DNA from: Tepidimonas sp.
GTDB taxonomy: Bacteria; Pseudomonadota; Gammaproteobacteria; Burkholderiales; Burkholderiaceae_C
Reading direction: 5' to 3'
DNA: 64,000 nucleotides
NCBI RefSeq assembly: GCF_029335975.1
Contig: NZ_JARJMT020000145.1
Span: forward strand, 472 to 64,471
This document shows, piece by piece, positions 1 through 10,094 of this stretch. The notes under the pieces are model-generated. The model did no database searches and had not been told where the DNA came from. It saw only the letters and a program-made list of their open reading frames with translations. How positions within the stretch are numbered: position 1 is the stretch's first letter; the number at the start of each line of letters is the position of its first letter. The position numbers and the translations under genes are program-made.

Positions 1-140
1 TCGTCACAAGCGGCGACATGGCGCGACAGCGCATCGGCCTCGGAGTACACGGCGACGGTGCGAATGCCCAGTCGGCGCGCCGTGGCGGCCACGCGGCAGG
101 CGATCTCTGCGCGGTTGGCAATCAGAATTTTGTGGAACAT
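1..140 (-). CDS. liuD: 3-methylcrotonyl-CoA carboxylase alpha (biotin carboxylase) subunit, 5' part only, runs off window start
   Basis: Manual translation from ATG at 140: [36 protein letters not shown], a biotin carboxylase N-terminus; directly downstream of liuB-liuC. Confidence 0.85.
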   Translation of the reverse strand, partial: MFHKILIANRAEIACRVAATARRLGIRTVAVYSEADALSRHVAACD

Positions 141-153
141 GCGGTCGACTCCG

Positions 154-933
154 TCACGCCAGCCACTGGGGCTTGCGCTTGTGCAGAAAGGACTGGACCC
201 CTTCGCGCCCTTGCGCGCTGGCGCGGATGTCGGCGATGGCTTCGACGGTGCGGGCCACCAGGGCATCGTCCAGCGGGGCTGCGGCCACATCGCGCACCAA
301 TCGCTTGGCGGCTGCCACCGCCGCTGGAGCCGCGCTGCACAGGGCGTGCACGATGGCGTCCACCCGGGTATCCAGCGCGTCGACCGACACCACCTCGTGC
401 ACCAAGCCGATGCGCAGCGCCTCGGCTGCGTCAAAGCGCTCGGCCGTCAGAAAATACCGGTGCGCCGCGCGCGCGCCCATGGCGCGCACCACATACGGCC
501 CGATGGTGGCGGGAATCAGCCCGAGCTTGACCTCGCTCAGGCAAAAGCCCGCGGTGTCCACCGCCACCGCCATGTCGCACGCGGTCACCAACCCCATGCC
601 GCCGGCATACACATCGCCCTGCACCCGGGCCACCGTGGGCTTGGGACACTCGTGGATCGTGCGCAGCATCGCCGCCAGGCGGCTGGCGTCGGCCAGATTC
701 TCCTCGCGGCTGTAGTCGGCCATGCGGCGCATCCAGTTCAGGTCCGCCCCGGCGCAAAACGCCGGCCCTTCGGCGGCCAGCACGATGGCCCGCACATCGT
801 CGCGCCCCCCCAATTCGGTAAAGGCCGCGCTCAACTCAGCGATCACCTCATCGTTGAAGGCGTTGCGCAGCTCGGGGCGCGCCAGCGTCACGGTGGCGCG
901 GTGGCCGGTGACGGTAACGGTCAAATGTCTCAT
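154..933 (-). CDS. liuC: Enoyl-CoA hydratase family, probable methylglutaconyl-CoA hydratase
   Basis: Crotonase motifs [13 protein letters not shown]-like [17 protein letters not shown]; ATG at 933 preferred over GTG at 951. Confidence 0.85.
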   Translation of the reverse strand: MRHLTVTVTGHRATVTLARPELRNAFNDEVIAELSAAFTELGGRDDVRAIVLAAEGPAFCAGADLNWMRRMADYSREENLADASRLAAMLRTIHECPKPTVARVQGDVYAGGMGLVTACDMAVAVDTAGFCLSEVKLGLIPATIGPYVVRAMGARAAHRYFLTAERFDAAEALRIGLVHEVVSVDALDTRVDAIVHALCSAAPAAVAAAKRLVRDVAAAPLDDALVARTVEAIADIRASAQGREGVQSFLHKRKPQWLA

Positions 934-947
934 GCTCACCCCCTTGC

Positions 948-2555
948 TCACATGCGGAAGACGCCGAAGCGGGTGTCCGGGATCGGCGCATTGAGCGCGG
1001 CCGACAGGCCCAGCGCCAGCACGCGGCGCGTGTCGGCCGGGTCGATGATGCCGTCATCCCACAGCCTGGCGGTGGCGTAATACGGATGGCCCTGGCGCTC
1101 GTATTGCGCTCGAATCGGGGCCTTGAACGCCTCCTCCTCCTCGGCACTCCAGCTGCCACCCTTGGCCTCAATGCCGTCGCGCTTGACGGTCGCCAGCACC
1201 GACGCGGCCTGCTCGCCGCCCATCACACTGATGCGGGCGTTGGGCCACATCCAGAGAAAGCGTGGACTGTAGGCACGGCCGCACATGCCATAGTTGCCGG
1301 CGCCAAAGCTGCCCCCGATGATGACGGTGAGCTTGGGCACCTGCGCGCAGGCCACGGCCGTCACCATCTTGGCCCCCGCGCGCGCAATGCCGGCGTTTTC
1401 GTACTTGCGGCCGACCATGAAGCCCGTGATGTTCTGCAAAAACACCAACGGCACCTTGCGTTGGCAGCACAGTTCGATGAAGTGCGCGGCCTTGTCGGCG
1501 CTTTCGGCAAACAGGATGCCGTTGTTGGCGACGATGCCCACCGGCATGCCTTCGATGTGCGCAAAGCCGCACACCAACGTCGTGCCGTAGCGCGCCTTGA
1601 ACTCGTGAAACGCCGAGCCATCGACCAGGCGCGCGATGATCTCGCGCACGTCGAACGGCTTGCGCGCATCGGTCGGGATGACGCCGTACAGTTCCTCGGC
1701 CGGGTACAGCGGCGCGCGCGGCTCGCATCGCGCCACCGGCCAGTCTTTGCGGCAGTTGAGTCGCGCCACCGCCTCGCGCGCCAGCGCCAGTGCATGCAGG
1801 TCGTTTTCGGCCAAATGATCGGCTACGCCCGACAGCCGCGTGTGCACATCGCCGCCGCCCAAGTCCTCGGCGCTGACGACCTCGCCGGTGGCGGCTTTCA
1901 CCAGCGGCGGGCCCCCCAGGAAGATCGTGCCCTGGTTCTTGACGATGATGGTCTCGTCGCTCATCGCCGGGACATAGGCCCCACCCGCCGTGCACGAGCC
2001 CATGACCACGGCGATCTGCGCGATGCCCTGGGCGCTCATATTGGCCTGGTTATAAAAGATTCGACCGAAATGGTCGCGGTCCGGAAACACCTCATCCTGG
2101 TTGGGCAGGTTGGCGCCGCCGGAGTCAACCAGGTAAATGCAGGGCAGGCGGTTTTGCTGCGCGATCTCTTGGGCACGCAAATGTTTCTTGACCGTCATTG
2201 GGTAATAGGTTCCGCCTTTGACGGTGGCGTCGTTACAAACGATGACGCACTCCACGCCCGATACGCGCCCGATACCCGCAATCAAACCGGCGCAGGGCGC
2301 CTCATCACCGTACATACCCAGCGCGGCCAAGGGCGCGATCTCCAAAAAAGGCGTGCCGGGGTCGAGCAACATCTCGACGCGCTCCCGCGGCAGCAGCTTG
2401 CCGCGGGCGGTGTGTTTGCTGCGGGCGGCCTCGCCGCCACCCTGTGCAACCTCGGCGATGCGGGTGTGCAGATCATCGACCAGTGCGCGCATTGCCGCGG
2501 CATTGGCCTGAAAGTCCGCTGAACGGGGGTTGAGTCGGGAGTTCAGTACACGCAT
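948..2555 (-). CDS. liuB: 3-methylcrotonyl-CoA carboxylase beta (carboxyltransferase) subunit
   Basis: [36 protein letters not shown] motifs; start taken at MRVLNS (2555). Confidence 0.92.
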   Translation of the reverse strand: MRVLNSRLNPRSADFQANAAAMRALVDDLHTRIAEVAQGGGEAARSKHTARGKLLPRERVEMLLDPGTPFLEIAPLAALGMYGDEAPCAGLIAGIGRVSGVECVIVCNDATVKGGTYYPMTVKKHLRAQEIAQQNRLPCIYLVDSGGANLPNQDEVFPDRDHFGRIFYNQANMSAQGIAQIAVVMGSCTAGGAYVPAMSDETIIVKNQGTIFLGGPPLVKAATGEVVSAEDLGGGDVHTRLSGVADHLAENDLHALALAREAVARLNCRKDWPVARCEPRAPLYPAEELYGVIPTDARKPFDVREIIARLVDGSAFHEFKARYGTTLVCGFAHIEGMPVGIVANNGILFAESADKAAHFIELCCQRKVPLVFLQNITGFMVGRKYENAGIARAGAKMVTAVACAQVPKLTVIIGGSFGAGNYGMCGRAYSPRFLWMWPNARISVMGGEQAASVLATVKRDGIEAKGGSWSAEEEEAFKAPIRAQYERQGHPYYATARLWDDGIIDPADTRRVLALGLSAALNAPIPDTRFGVFRM

Positions 2556-2633
2556 GATGCGCCGAATTGTGGCGTCCCGCGGTGTGGCACACCAGCGGGG
2601 GGCAAGCATCAGAGGTTGCAAAATACGCCAATC

Positions 2634-3701
2634 ATGTCGCCTCTCCTGCAACCGCTAGCCCAACGCCGCAAGCCCATGGCCGCCACACCCATGGCGTTCG
2701 TGCGCGCGATTGCGCTGGCGTACCGGCTGCGTGGCGCCGACCCTGCCGCAGCGCTGCGCGAGGCGGGTGTGGGCCGTGCGGATCTGCTCGATGCGCAGGC
2801 ACGCCTGACCAGCTTGCCGTTCGAGCGGCTGGCGCTGCGTGCGATGCGCGAGCTGGACGACGAAGCGCTGGGCTGGTTTGGCCGCCCTCTGCCCTGGGGC
2901 AGCTACGGCATGCTGGCGCGCGCATCGCTGAGCGCGCCAACGCTGGGCGTGGCGCTGGCGCGCTGGTGCCGCCACCACGCTTTGCTGACCAGCGACGTGA
3001 TCCTGACGCTCAGCCGCGACGGCGCCGTGGCGCGGCTGGCGCTGCGTGAGCGCGCGGTGCCCGGTGCAGCCTTGCCAGACGTTGCCGAACGCGCCGTCGT
3101 GCGCGAATTTGCCCACATCTCCCTGCTGCGCAACGCGTTGGGGATATCGGCATGGTGGATCGACGCTCGGCTGCCGCTGCTGACGCTGGATTTGGCCTGT
3201 CCTGAGCCGCCCCACGCCGACGTCTATCCCCTGCTGTTTCCCGGGACGCAGCTGCGCTTTGGCAGCGCCCACATCGAAGCCAGCTTACCCAGCGACATCT
3301 TGCACGAGCCGATCCGCCGAGACGAGGCCGCATTGCGGGCCATGCTGCCGCAGGCCATTCGGCTGATGGTGCGCCCGTACCGACACGATCGGCTACTGCT
3401 GGAGCGCGCACGGCTGGCGCTGCGCGCCCACCCTGAGACAGACGCGGCTCAGCTGGCCGCTTTGCTGCATGTGTCCGTGCGCACGCTGCAGCGACAACTG
3501 GCCAGCCATGAAACCTGCGTCCAGGCGCTGCGCACACGCGTTCGGCAAGAGCTCGCCGAGCACCTGTTGCTGCGCACCAGCTGGCCGATCAAGCGCATTG
3601 CCACTGAGGTCGGCTTTGCCAGCGACAAAAGCTTCTTGCGCGCCTTTCGCACTTGGACTGGAATGAGCCCGACCGATTGGCGCATGAGCCAATCGGGGTG
3701 A
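2634..3701 (+). CDS. AraC-family transcriptional regulator (N-terminal ligand-binding domain plus C-terminal HTH), divergent from liuBCD
   Basis: C-terminal AraC HTH: [12 protein letters not shown]...[29 protein letters not shown]; start uncertain (2616/2634/2676). Confidence 0.88.
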   Translation: MSPLLQPLAQRRKPMAATPMAFVRAIALAYRLRGADPAAALREAGVGRADLLDAQARLTSLPFERLALRAMRELDDEALGWFGRPLPWGSYGMLARASLSAPTLGVALARWCRHHALLTSDVILTLSRDGAVARLALRERAVPGAALPDVAERAVVREFAHISLLRNALGISAWWIDARLPLLTLDLACPEPPHADVYPLLFPGTQLRFGSAHIEASLPSDILHEPIRRDEAALRAMLPQAIRLMVRPYRHDRLLLERARLALRAHPETDAAQLAALLHVSVRTLQRQLASHETCVQALRTRVRQELAEHLLLRTSWPIKRIATEVGFASDKSFLRAFRTWTGMSPTDWRMSQSG

Positions 3702-3730
3702 GCCAACACTGCGGTATGCGCAGGCCAAGA

Positions 3731-3745
3731 GGGGGATACACCCCC
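3731..3745. terminator. Short G5-ATACA-C5 hairpin between convergent araC and soxX, possible bidirectional terminator
   Basis: GGGGG ATACA CCCCC in the 58-bp gap between convergent stop codons; no strong U-tract. Confidence 0.3.
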
Positions 3746-3759
3746 GCAGCGATCCAACA

Positions 3760-4410
3760 TCACTGGTTGATCGGCGACTGCGGCGACAATAAATAAGCCG
3801 TCAAATCCGCCACCTGTTTGGGCGAGAGTATACCGTGATGACCCAAGCGCGGCATCTGGCTGCACGCGTTATAGGCCTTGGCGTTGTAAATTTTCTCGTA
3901 GGTGTAACGCACGACTGCGTCGCTGGTGCCGCGTAACTTGCCATAATGCAGCAATGAGGGGCCGAGATTGCCATAAGCCACCTCTTTGGCTTCGCCTTGG
4001 TGGCAAGCGTAACAGTTACCGCCCCGCACCGCCTTTGGGTTGCTCGGTATGAAATGTCCAATGCGGTAGGCAAAGCCGCCGTTGAAGACCTTGGCTCCCT
4101 CTTTCCAATCGCCCATCAGCTTACCGTCGGCTGGATAGGCGATGTGATTCTTTTCTTTGGCTTGGATCGACTCAGCAACCGACGCGGGTGGTTGTCCACG
4201 GTATTGGGTGCAGAGTTTTTGCGCCTCGTCTTGATTCAAGCGGCTCAGATACTGCCCAGGCCCAGGCAAAAAGCTCTCACGCAGCGTTTGCTGCGCCAAT
4301 GCATCCAGATCGGTCTGCGCCGTGGTGGCCGACCCCGTTGCACAACCCGACGCCAACCCAACGCTGGCCAGGATGACGCTCGCGCTAACCATGACTCGCT
4401 TCATTTGCAT
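3760..4410 (-). CDS. soxX: Sulfur oxidation c-type cytochrome SoxX, probable lipoprotein
   Basis: GGNCYACHQ heme motif, GNLGPSL, NACSQMPRLG, LLSPQSPIN; signal peptide ending LASGC; follows soxA. Confidence 0.9.
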   Translation of the reverse strand: MQMKRVMVSASVILASVGLASGCATGSATTAQTDLDALAQQTLRESFLPGPGQYLSRLNQDEAQKLCTQYRGQPPASVAESIQAKEKNHIAYPADGKLMGDWKEGAKVFNGGFAYRIGHFIPSNPKAVRGGNCYACHQGEAKEVAYGNLGPSLLHYGKLRGTSDAVVRYTYEKIYNAKAYNACSQMPRLGHHGILSPKQVADLTAYLLSPQSPINQ

Positions 4411-4468
4411 AATCCCTCCGGAATTCGTTTAAACCAACGGCTCCCAAGACCCGCTCGCATCGCCCCAC

Positions 4469-5284
4469 TCAGCGCCGCATACCCGGCAAATCCAGCGTCG
4501 CCCCGTCAGCTTTTTTGGTCATGTAGGCAATCAAAGCCACCGTCGCTGGCGATCCCAGGTCGACATCGGGCAGCCGCATCTGCCACATGCAGTCCCACAT
4601 GCGATGCTGCATCGTGCGCACGGCCGAGTGGGACACCCGGTAAGTGGGCCAGGCACCCATTACATTTTGCGCCTGTTTAGGGTCTGTTAGATTGGCCAGG
4701 GATTGCAGACGGATGCGCTTCCCATCTTCCGCATGGCAGGTCGCGCATGAGAAATCCAGGGGCCCGATGTTGGTGAAAAAGATCCTCTCGCCGACCGCAA
4801 TGGCCTGTCGTTCCAGCGGATGGGACGTGGGCATGCTAAGCTTCATGCCATCCGACTGGGCAGCGATATACGCCACGATCTTTTCCCAGTCTGTATTGCG
4901 CTCGTGCTTGGTTTCATTGGCAAAGCGCTGGTCTTTGATCATTTGCGGATCTTTGCCCTGCAGCGTCACCATACAGTGCAACAGCCGCGTCTCCAGGTCC
5001 TCCACCCGACCCGTGTCGCTCATGTAGCGGGGCATCTGGGCATAGGCACCTTTGAGCACCCCGGGACCCAAGCCGAAATCGCATTTCTCCAAACTGACAT
5101 TCTTCGGACCATCCGGCTTTTTGAATAACGCCGCGCCCTGTTCGACGATCAGTACTCCAGGGTTTCCGTCTTTGTCGGACAGCGCTTCTCGGTATGCCCG
5201 CACCGCCGGATCAACCGTCTGCGCCGACGCCCCTCCAATCACCCCTCCGACCGAAACTGCCACCAACCACCGATTTCATTCCAT
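4469..5284 (-). CDS. soxA: L-cysteine S-thiosulfotransferase SoxA (monoheme type); 5' end disrupted (see findings)
   Basis: Single CxxCH (SCATCH), WPTYRVS, HRMWDCMWQMRLP with the catalytic/ligand Cys; open frame from TTG 5266, with in-frame TGA at 5276-5278 after the SD-linked ATG at 5284. Confidence 0.88.
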
Positions 5285-5308
5285 ACTGCGCTCCTGCATG
5301 TGACGGTT

Positions 5309-5326
5309 TGACTTAACGCTAAGTCA
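5309..5326. promoter_or_regulatory. Perfect inverted repeat upstream of soxA, putative repressor operator
   Basis: TGACTTA-ACGC-TAAGTCA, ~25 bp upstream of the soxA ATG. Confidence 0.5.
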
Positions 5327-5503
5327 GCATATCATCAATGGCCGCCTCGACTGATTAGGGGATACCCTGGGTTAGGCGCCATCTATTTTGGGGCACACCG
5401 CCGCATCCAGCGGGGTCGGTGGCATCGAGCCATCGCCTGTTCGAGTGGTTTTGAACGGCAAGCCCGCTGGCGCGTATTTTTGATGCCGATCAAACCCAAA
5501 CCG

Positions 5504-5517
5504 TACCCAGTTGGGTA
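5504..5517. promoter_or_regulatory. Palindrome upstream of the CMD gene, resembling CsoR/RcnR-family operators
   Basis: TACCCA-GT-TGGGTA, 36 bp before ATG 5554. Confidence 0.45.
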
Positions 5518-5553
5518 TTATTTCACCAATGCCTATGCGGATCGGAGCCCACC

Positions 5554-5928
5554 ATGCCCATCATCGACCACAGCGACCTTATTTGCGATATCAGCGCTCA
5601 GCTCAACCAGCTGCGCAAAGCCCAACCCGAGGCCATGCGCGGTTTCACACAGCTGGCGCAAGCTTCCATGGCCGACGGCGCCATCAGCGCCAAGCACAAG
5701 GAGCTGATCGCGCTGGCCATCGGTATCACGCAGCGCTGTTCAGCTTGCATCGGCTACCATGTGCGCGCGCTGATCAAGCTGGGGGGCACACGGCAAGAGC
5801 TGGAGGAGCTGTTGACGATATGCACCTATATGGGCGGCGGCCCGGCGCTGATGTATGCGGCCGAGGCACTCAAATGCTGGGATGCGATGAGCGCCAATCA
5901 GGCCTGCAGCGTGACGGTTGTGGCTTGA
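5554..5928 (+). CDS. Carboxymuconolactone decarboxylase (CMD/AhpD-like) family protein
   Basis: KHKELIALAIGITQRCSACIGYH with CxxC, YMGGGPALMY; 124 aa. Confidence 0.88.
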   Translation: MPIIDHSDLICDISAQLNQLRKAQPEAMRGFTQLAQASMADGAISAKHKELIALAIGITQRCSACIGYHVRALIKLGGTRQELEELLTICTYMGGGPALMYAAEALKCWDAMSANQACSVTVVA

Positions 5929-5964
5929 GGGTCGGCAAGGGCCAGATATTGGCCCGCAGACATA

Positions 5965-7461
5965 TCAGCGCCGCCAAAACGCACGGGTAAACAACACCAA
6001 CACGCTCAGCAGTTCCAGCCGACCCAGCAGCATCGCAAAACTCAGCACCCCCAGCTGAAAGGGCGTGAGTCCGCCGTAATTGCTGGCCGGACCGATCTCG
6101 CCCAAACCGGGGCCGATGTTGTTGAGCGTCGCGACCACGGCGGAAAGGGCTGTGACCAAATCCAAACCCGACAACAGCAGCAAAAACGTCAGGCCCAGGG
6201 TTGCGGCACCGTAGATGAGCATGAAGCCCAGTACCGCCGCCATGACCTGCGGCGGGATGGCCTGCCCCCCCAGCGTGACGGGGTTGACCACATGCGGATG
6301 GATGCTGCGCACCAGCTCGCGCCGCGCCTGCTTGACAAGCAGCACCATGCGCACCATTTTGATCCCGCCGCCAGTGGACCCGGCGCAGGACACAAAGGTC
6401 CCCAAAAACAGCAGAAATACGGGGATGAATACCGGCCACTGCAGGTAGTCGGTCGTGGCATAGCCAGTCGTCGTGGCCAGCGATAGCACATGAAAGGCGG
6501 CCTGCCGCACCGCCGTGGATGCGTCGTCGTATACCCCTTCGGCCAACAGCATCAGCGCCACCAGCGCGACGGAAGCAGCCAGCACGATGGCATAGGTACG
6601 GACTTCGCGGTCATTCCACAGCGGCCGCAAGCTCAATCCGCGCAGCACCATGAAGTAGCGCAAAAAGCTGATGCCGGCCAGCGCCATGAACACCACAGCC
6701 ACCCACTCCACGGCAGCGGACTGAAAGTGACCGATGCTGGCATCGTAGGACGAAAAACCCGCCAACCCCATGGTCGAGCACATATGCATGAAGGCATCGG
6801 CCCAGCCCATGCCCGCCCAGCGGTAAGCCAGTAGACAAAGCACCGAAAATACGAAGTACACCCCCCACAGCCCGCGCGCGGTCTCGGCGATGCGGGGGGT
6901 TAGCCGCGCATCTTTCATGGGACCGGGCGTCTCGGCCTTGTAGAGTTGCATACCCCCCAGCCCCAGCATGGGCAGCACGGCCACCACCAGCAGCATCACC
7001 CCCAAGCCGCCGACGTACTGCAAAAAGCAGCGCCAGATATTGATCGAGACCGGCAGCCGCTCCAGCCCGGACAGCGCCGTGGCGCCAGTGGCGGTCAGCG
7101 CGCTCATGGCCTCAAAGTAGGCATGGTGCCAAGTGATGCCGGGCACCATCAGCATCAGCGGTACGGCGGAGTATGCCGGCAGCACCAGCCACACCAGATT
7201 GACCAGCAAAAAGCCGTCGCGGGGCATCAGCTCTCTGCGGCGCGAGCGCGTGGTCAACCACAGCAGCGCACCGCTGACCAGGGTCAATCCCGCGCAGGCC
7301 GCCCACTGTAGCTCATGGGTCAGGTCGTCATGAAACCAGGCCCACGCCATCGGCACGCCATAGATGACGGCAAAAGCCATCAGCACATGCGAAAAGACAT
7401 AGAGCGCAGGACCGAGGGATTGCATGGGCAGCGGTGGACGGATGCGGCCAGCAGGCATCAC
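5965..7461 (-). CDS. trkH: Trk potassium uptake membrane protein
   Basis: FEAMSALTATGAT, GSTGGGIK, NNIGPGLG, GRLELL pore motifs. Confidence 0.93.
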   Translation of the reverse strand: MMPAGRIRPPLPMQSLGPALYVFSHVLMAFAVIYGVPMAWAWFHDDLTHELQWAACAGLTLVSGALLWLTTRSRRRELMPRDGFLLVNLVWLVLPAYSAVPLMLMVPGITWHHAYFEAMSALTATGATALSGLERLPVSINIWRCFLQYVGGLGVMLLVVAVLPMLGLGGMQLYKAETPGPMKDARLTPRIAETARGLWGVYFVFSVLCLLAYRWAGMGWADAFMHMCSTMGLAGFSSYDASIGHFQSAAVEWVAVVFMALAGISFLRYFMVLRGLSLRPLWNDREVRTYAIVLAASVALVALMLLAEGVYDDASTAVRQAAFHVLSLATTTGYATTDYLQWPVFIPVFLLFLGTFVSCAGSTGGGIKMVRMVLLVKQARRELVRSIHPHVVNPVTLGGQAIPPQVMAAVLGFMLIYGAATLGLTFLLLLSGLDLVTALSAVVATLNNIGPGLGEIGPASNYGGLTPFQLGVLSFAMLLGRLELLSVLVLFTRAFWRR

Positions 7462-8849
7462 CCAAAAAAAGTGGCGCCGACTTGGAATAGTTTTTCCACT
7501 TCCCGAACCAAACGCTTGTTCGGAATGAAGATGATGACATGGTCATCGGCCCGGATGAGCGTGTCGTGGTGGGGCATGAGCACCTGAGCATCGCGCCCTT
7601 GGCCGCGCACGATGGCGCCGATGCGCGCGCCCTTGGGCAGGCGGATCTCCTCCACCCGACGGCCGACCAGCCGCGAGGTTTTGATGTCGCCGCGCGCGAC
7701 GCCCTCCAGCGCCTCGGCCGCGCCGCGGCGCAGGCTGTGCACCGCCACCACATCGCCGCGGCGCACATGGGCCAGCAGCTCGCCAATCACCGTCTGCGCG
7801 GGCGATACCGCGATGTCGATGGCGCTGCCCTGCAGCATTTCGGCATAGGCACGGCGGTTGATCAGGGCCAGCACCCGGCGCGCGCCCAACCGCTTGGCGA
7901 GCATGGCCGACATGATGTTGTCCTCGTCGTCGTTGGTCAGCGCGAGGAAAAGATCCATGTCGGCAACGTTTTCCTCCTCCAGCAACGTCTCGTCCACGCT
8001 GTCGCCCTGCAACACAAGCGCGCTGGAGGGCAATTGGCTGGCCAGGTACTCGCAGCGCCGGGGATTGCTCTCGATGATTTTGACCTCGCACTGACCCACC
8101 AAGGAGCGCGCCAGCCGCAGCCCGACCTTGCCCCCGCCTGCAATCATCACCCGCCGCACCGGCTGGTCGATATTGTGGATAGCGGCCAACACCAAGCGGA
8201 TCTGGTCGCTGGCAGCGAGCACAAACACCTCATCTCCCGGCAGGATACGGGTTTGGGCCGTCGCCTCCACCTCGGCATCCAAGCGGTAGAGGGCGACCAC
8301 GCGCATCTCGGCGCGCGGGAAACGGTCGCGAAATTCTCCGATCGTGTGTCCCACCAACGCGCCGCCGGCGGCCGCACGCACGACGATCAGGCATACCCGC
8401 CCCTCGGCAAACTCGAGAACCTGCAGCGCCTCGGGGTAGTCGATGAGCTGGAGGATGTAGCGCATCACCGACTCTTCCGGGCAGATCACATGGCCCACCG
8501 CAAATCCGGCTTTGTCCAGCAGAGGGCTGCCCTCCTCGAACTCCGGCGAGCGCAGCCGCGCAATCGTCGTGGGCACCTGAAAGACGTCGTGTGCCACTTT
8601 GCACACCACCAGATTGGATTCGTCTAGCGCCGCGCAGGCAATCACCATATCCGCATCCTTGGCGCCCGCTTCGGCCAACACCGAGGGCTGGATGCCGTTG
8701 CCGACCACGCCGCGCAGGTCGAGCCGCTCCTCCAGCGCGCGCACGCGCGCCGGATCCTGGTCGATCACCGTGATATCGTTTTGCTCCGACACCAAACTCT
8801 CGGCCACGCTTTCGCCCACGCGCCCAGCGCCAAAAATGATGATGTTCAT
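7458..8849 (-). CDS. trkA: Trk potassium uptake NAD-binding protein
   Basis: Two RCK units (IIFGAGRVG, IAGGGKVG); ATGA overlap with trkH. Confidence 0.95.
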   Translation of the reverse strand: MNIIIFGAGRVGESVAESLVSEQNDITVIDQDPARVRALEERLDLRGVVGNGIQPSVLAEAGAKDADMVIACAALDESNLVVCKVAHDVFQVPTTIARLRSPEFEEGSPLLDKAGFAVGHVICPEESVMRYILQLIDYPEALQVLEFAEGRVCLIVVRAAAGGALVGHTIGEFRDRFPRAEMRVVALYRLDAEVEATAQTRILPGDEVFVLAASDQIRLVLAAIHNIDQPVRRVMIAGGGKVGLRLARSLVGQCEVKIIESNPRRCEYLASQLPSSALVLQGDSVDETLLEEENVADMDLFLALTNDDEDNIMSAMLAKRLGARRVLALINRRAYAEMLQGSAIDIAVSPAQTVIGELLAHVRRGDVVAVHSLRRGAAEALEGVARGDIKTSRLVGRRVEEIRLPKGARIGAIVRGQGRDAQVLMPHHDTLIRADDHVIIFIPNKRLVREVEKLFQVGATFFG

Positions 8850-8908
8850 GGCCCGCCTATGATACGTTGGCGATGCCCGCGAGCGGGACGCTGCCGATCG
8901 GTCCGGGT

Positions 8909-10036
8909 CTATAGGGCGCGCTGGATCAAGATTTTTTGCACATCGCTGGTGCCCTCATAAATCTGGCACACCCGCACATCGCGCCAGATACGCTCGACCG
9001 GAAAGTCGCGCACATAGCCGTAGCCCCCTAGCGTCTGAATCGCGACCGAGCAGACCCACTCAGCCGTTTCGCTGGCGATCAGCTTGGCCATCGCCGCCTC
9101 CTTCAGGCAGGGCTGACCGGCGTCGCGCAGCGCCGCGGCGTGCCAGGTCAGCTGCCGCGCCGCCTCCAGCCGCGCCGCTGCGTCGGCCAGGCGAAAACCC
9201 ACCGCCTGGTGTTCGAAAATTGGCTTGCCGAAGCTCTCGCGCTGCTTGGCGTAGTCGATGGCCACCTCCAGCGCGCTGCGCGCCATGCCCACGCTCTGCG
9301 CCGCAATGCCGATGCGCCCACCCTCCAGCGCCGACAGGGCTATTCTGTAACCCTCGCCCTCCTCACCGATGCGGAAGTCGGCTGGGATGCGGCAACCGTC
9401 GAAACGAATTTGTGCGGTGTCGCTGGAGTGCTGGCCGACCTTATCCTCCAGCCGCTCGACGATGTAGCCGGGCGTGTCGGTCGGCACGAGGAAGGCGCTC
9501 ATGCCCCGCTTGCCAGCGGCCTTGTCGGTGACGGCGATGACGATGGCTACCTGACCGTTCTTGCCGCTGGTGATGAACTGCTTGACGCCGTCGAGCACAT
9601 AGCCGTCCCCGTCGCGCCGCGCGCTGGTGCGCAGCGCCACCGCGTCCGAGCCGACGTGAGGCTCGGTCAGGCAAAACGCCCCCAGCATCTCGCCGCGCGC
9701 CAGCGGGGCGAGCCAGCGGCGCTTCTGCGCCTCGCTGCCGTAGCGCAGCAGGATCGCGCACACTGGGCAGTTGTTGACGCTGATGGCGGTGCTGGTGCCG
9801 CCGTCGCCAGCGGCAATCTCCTCCAGCACCAGCGCCAGGCTCAGATAGTCGAGCCCTGCACCGCCGTATTCTGGTGGCACACATACACCGTAGCAGCCCA
9901 GTTCTGCCAAGCCGCGGTGCGCCTCGCGCGGGAAGGTGTGCTCCCGATCCCAGCGCGCGGCATGGGGCCAGAGCTGCTCGCGGGCGTAGGCGCGCACCGC
10001 GTCGCGAATCATCTGTTGGTCATCGGTCAACCGCAT
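8909..10036 (-). CDS. Acyl-CoA dehydrogenase
   Basis: FCLTEPHVGSD, KQFITSG, GGYGY...RDVRVCQIYEGTSDVQ; start at MRLTDD. Confidence 0.92.
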   Translation of the reverse strand: MRLTDDQQMIRDAVRAYAREQLWPHAARWDREHTFPREAHRGLAELGCYGVCVPPEYGGAGLDYLSLALVLEEIAAGDGGTSTAISVNNCPVCAILLRYGSEAQKRRWLAPLARGEMLGAFCLTEPHVGSDAVALRTSARRDGDGYVLDGVKQFITSGKNGQVAIVIAVTDKAAGKRGMSAFLVPTDTPGYIVERLEDKVGQHSSDTAQIRFDGCRIPADFRIGEEGEGYRIALSALEGGRIGIAAQSVGMARSALEVAIDYAKQRESFGKPIFEHQAVGFRLADAAARLEAARQLTWHAAALRDAGQPCLKEAAMAKLIASETAEWVCSVAIQTLGGYGYVRDFPVERIWRDVRVCQIYEGTSDVQKILIQRAL

Positions 10037-10094
10037 CGCCGTCTCGCCCAAGGTGCAGCGCATCGGGCACCCGATCGGACGCCCAGGGGCGCGA

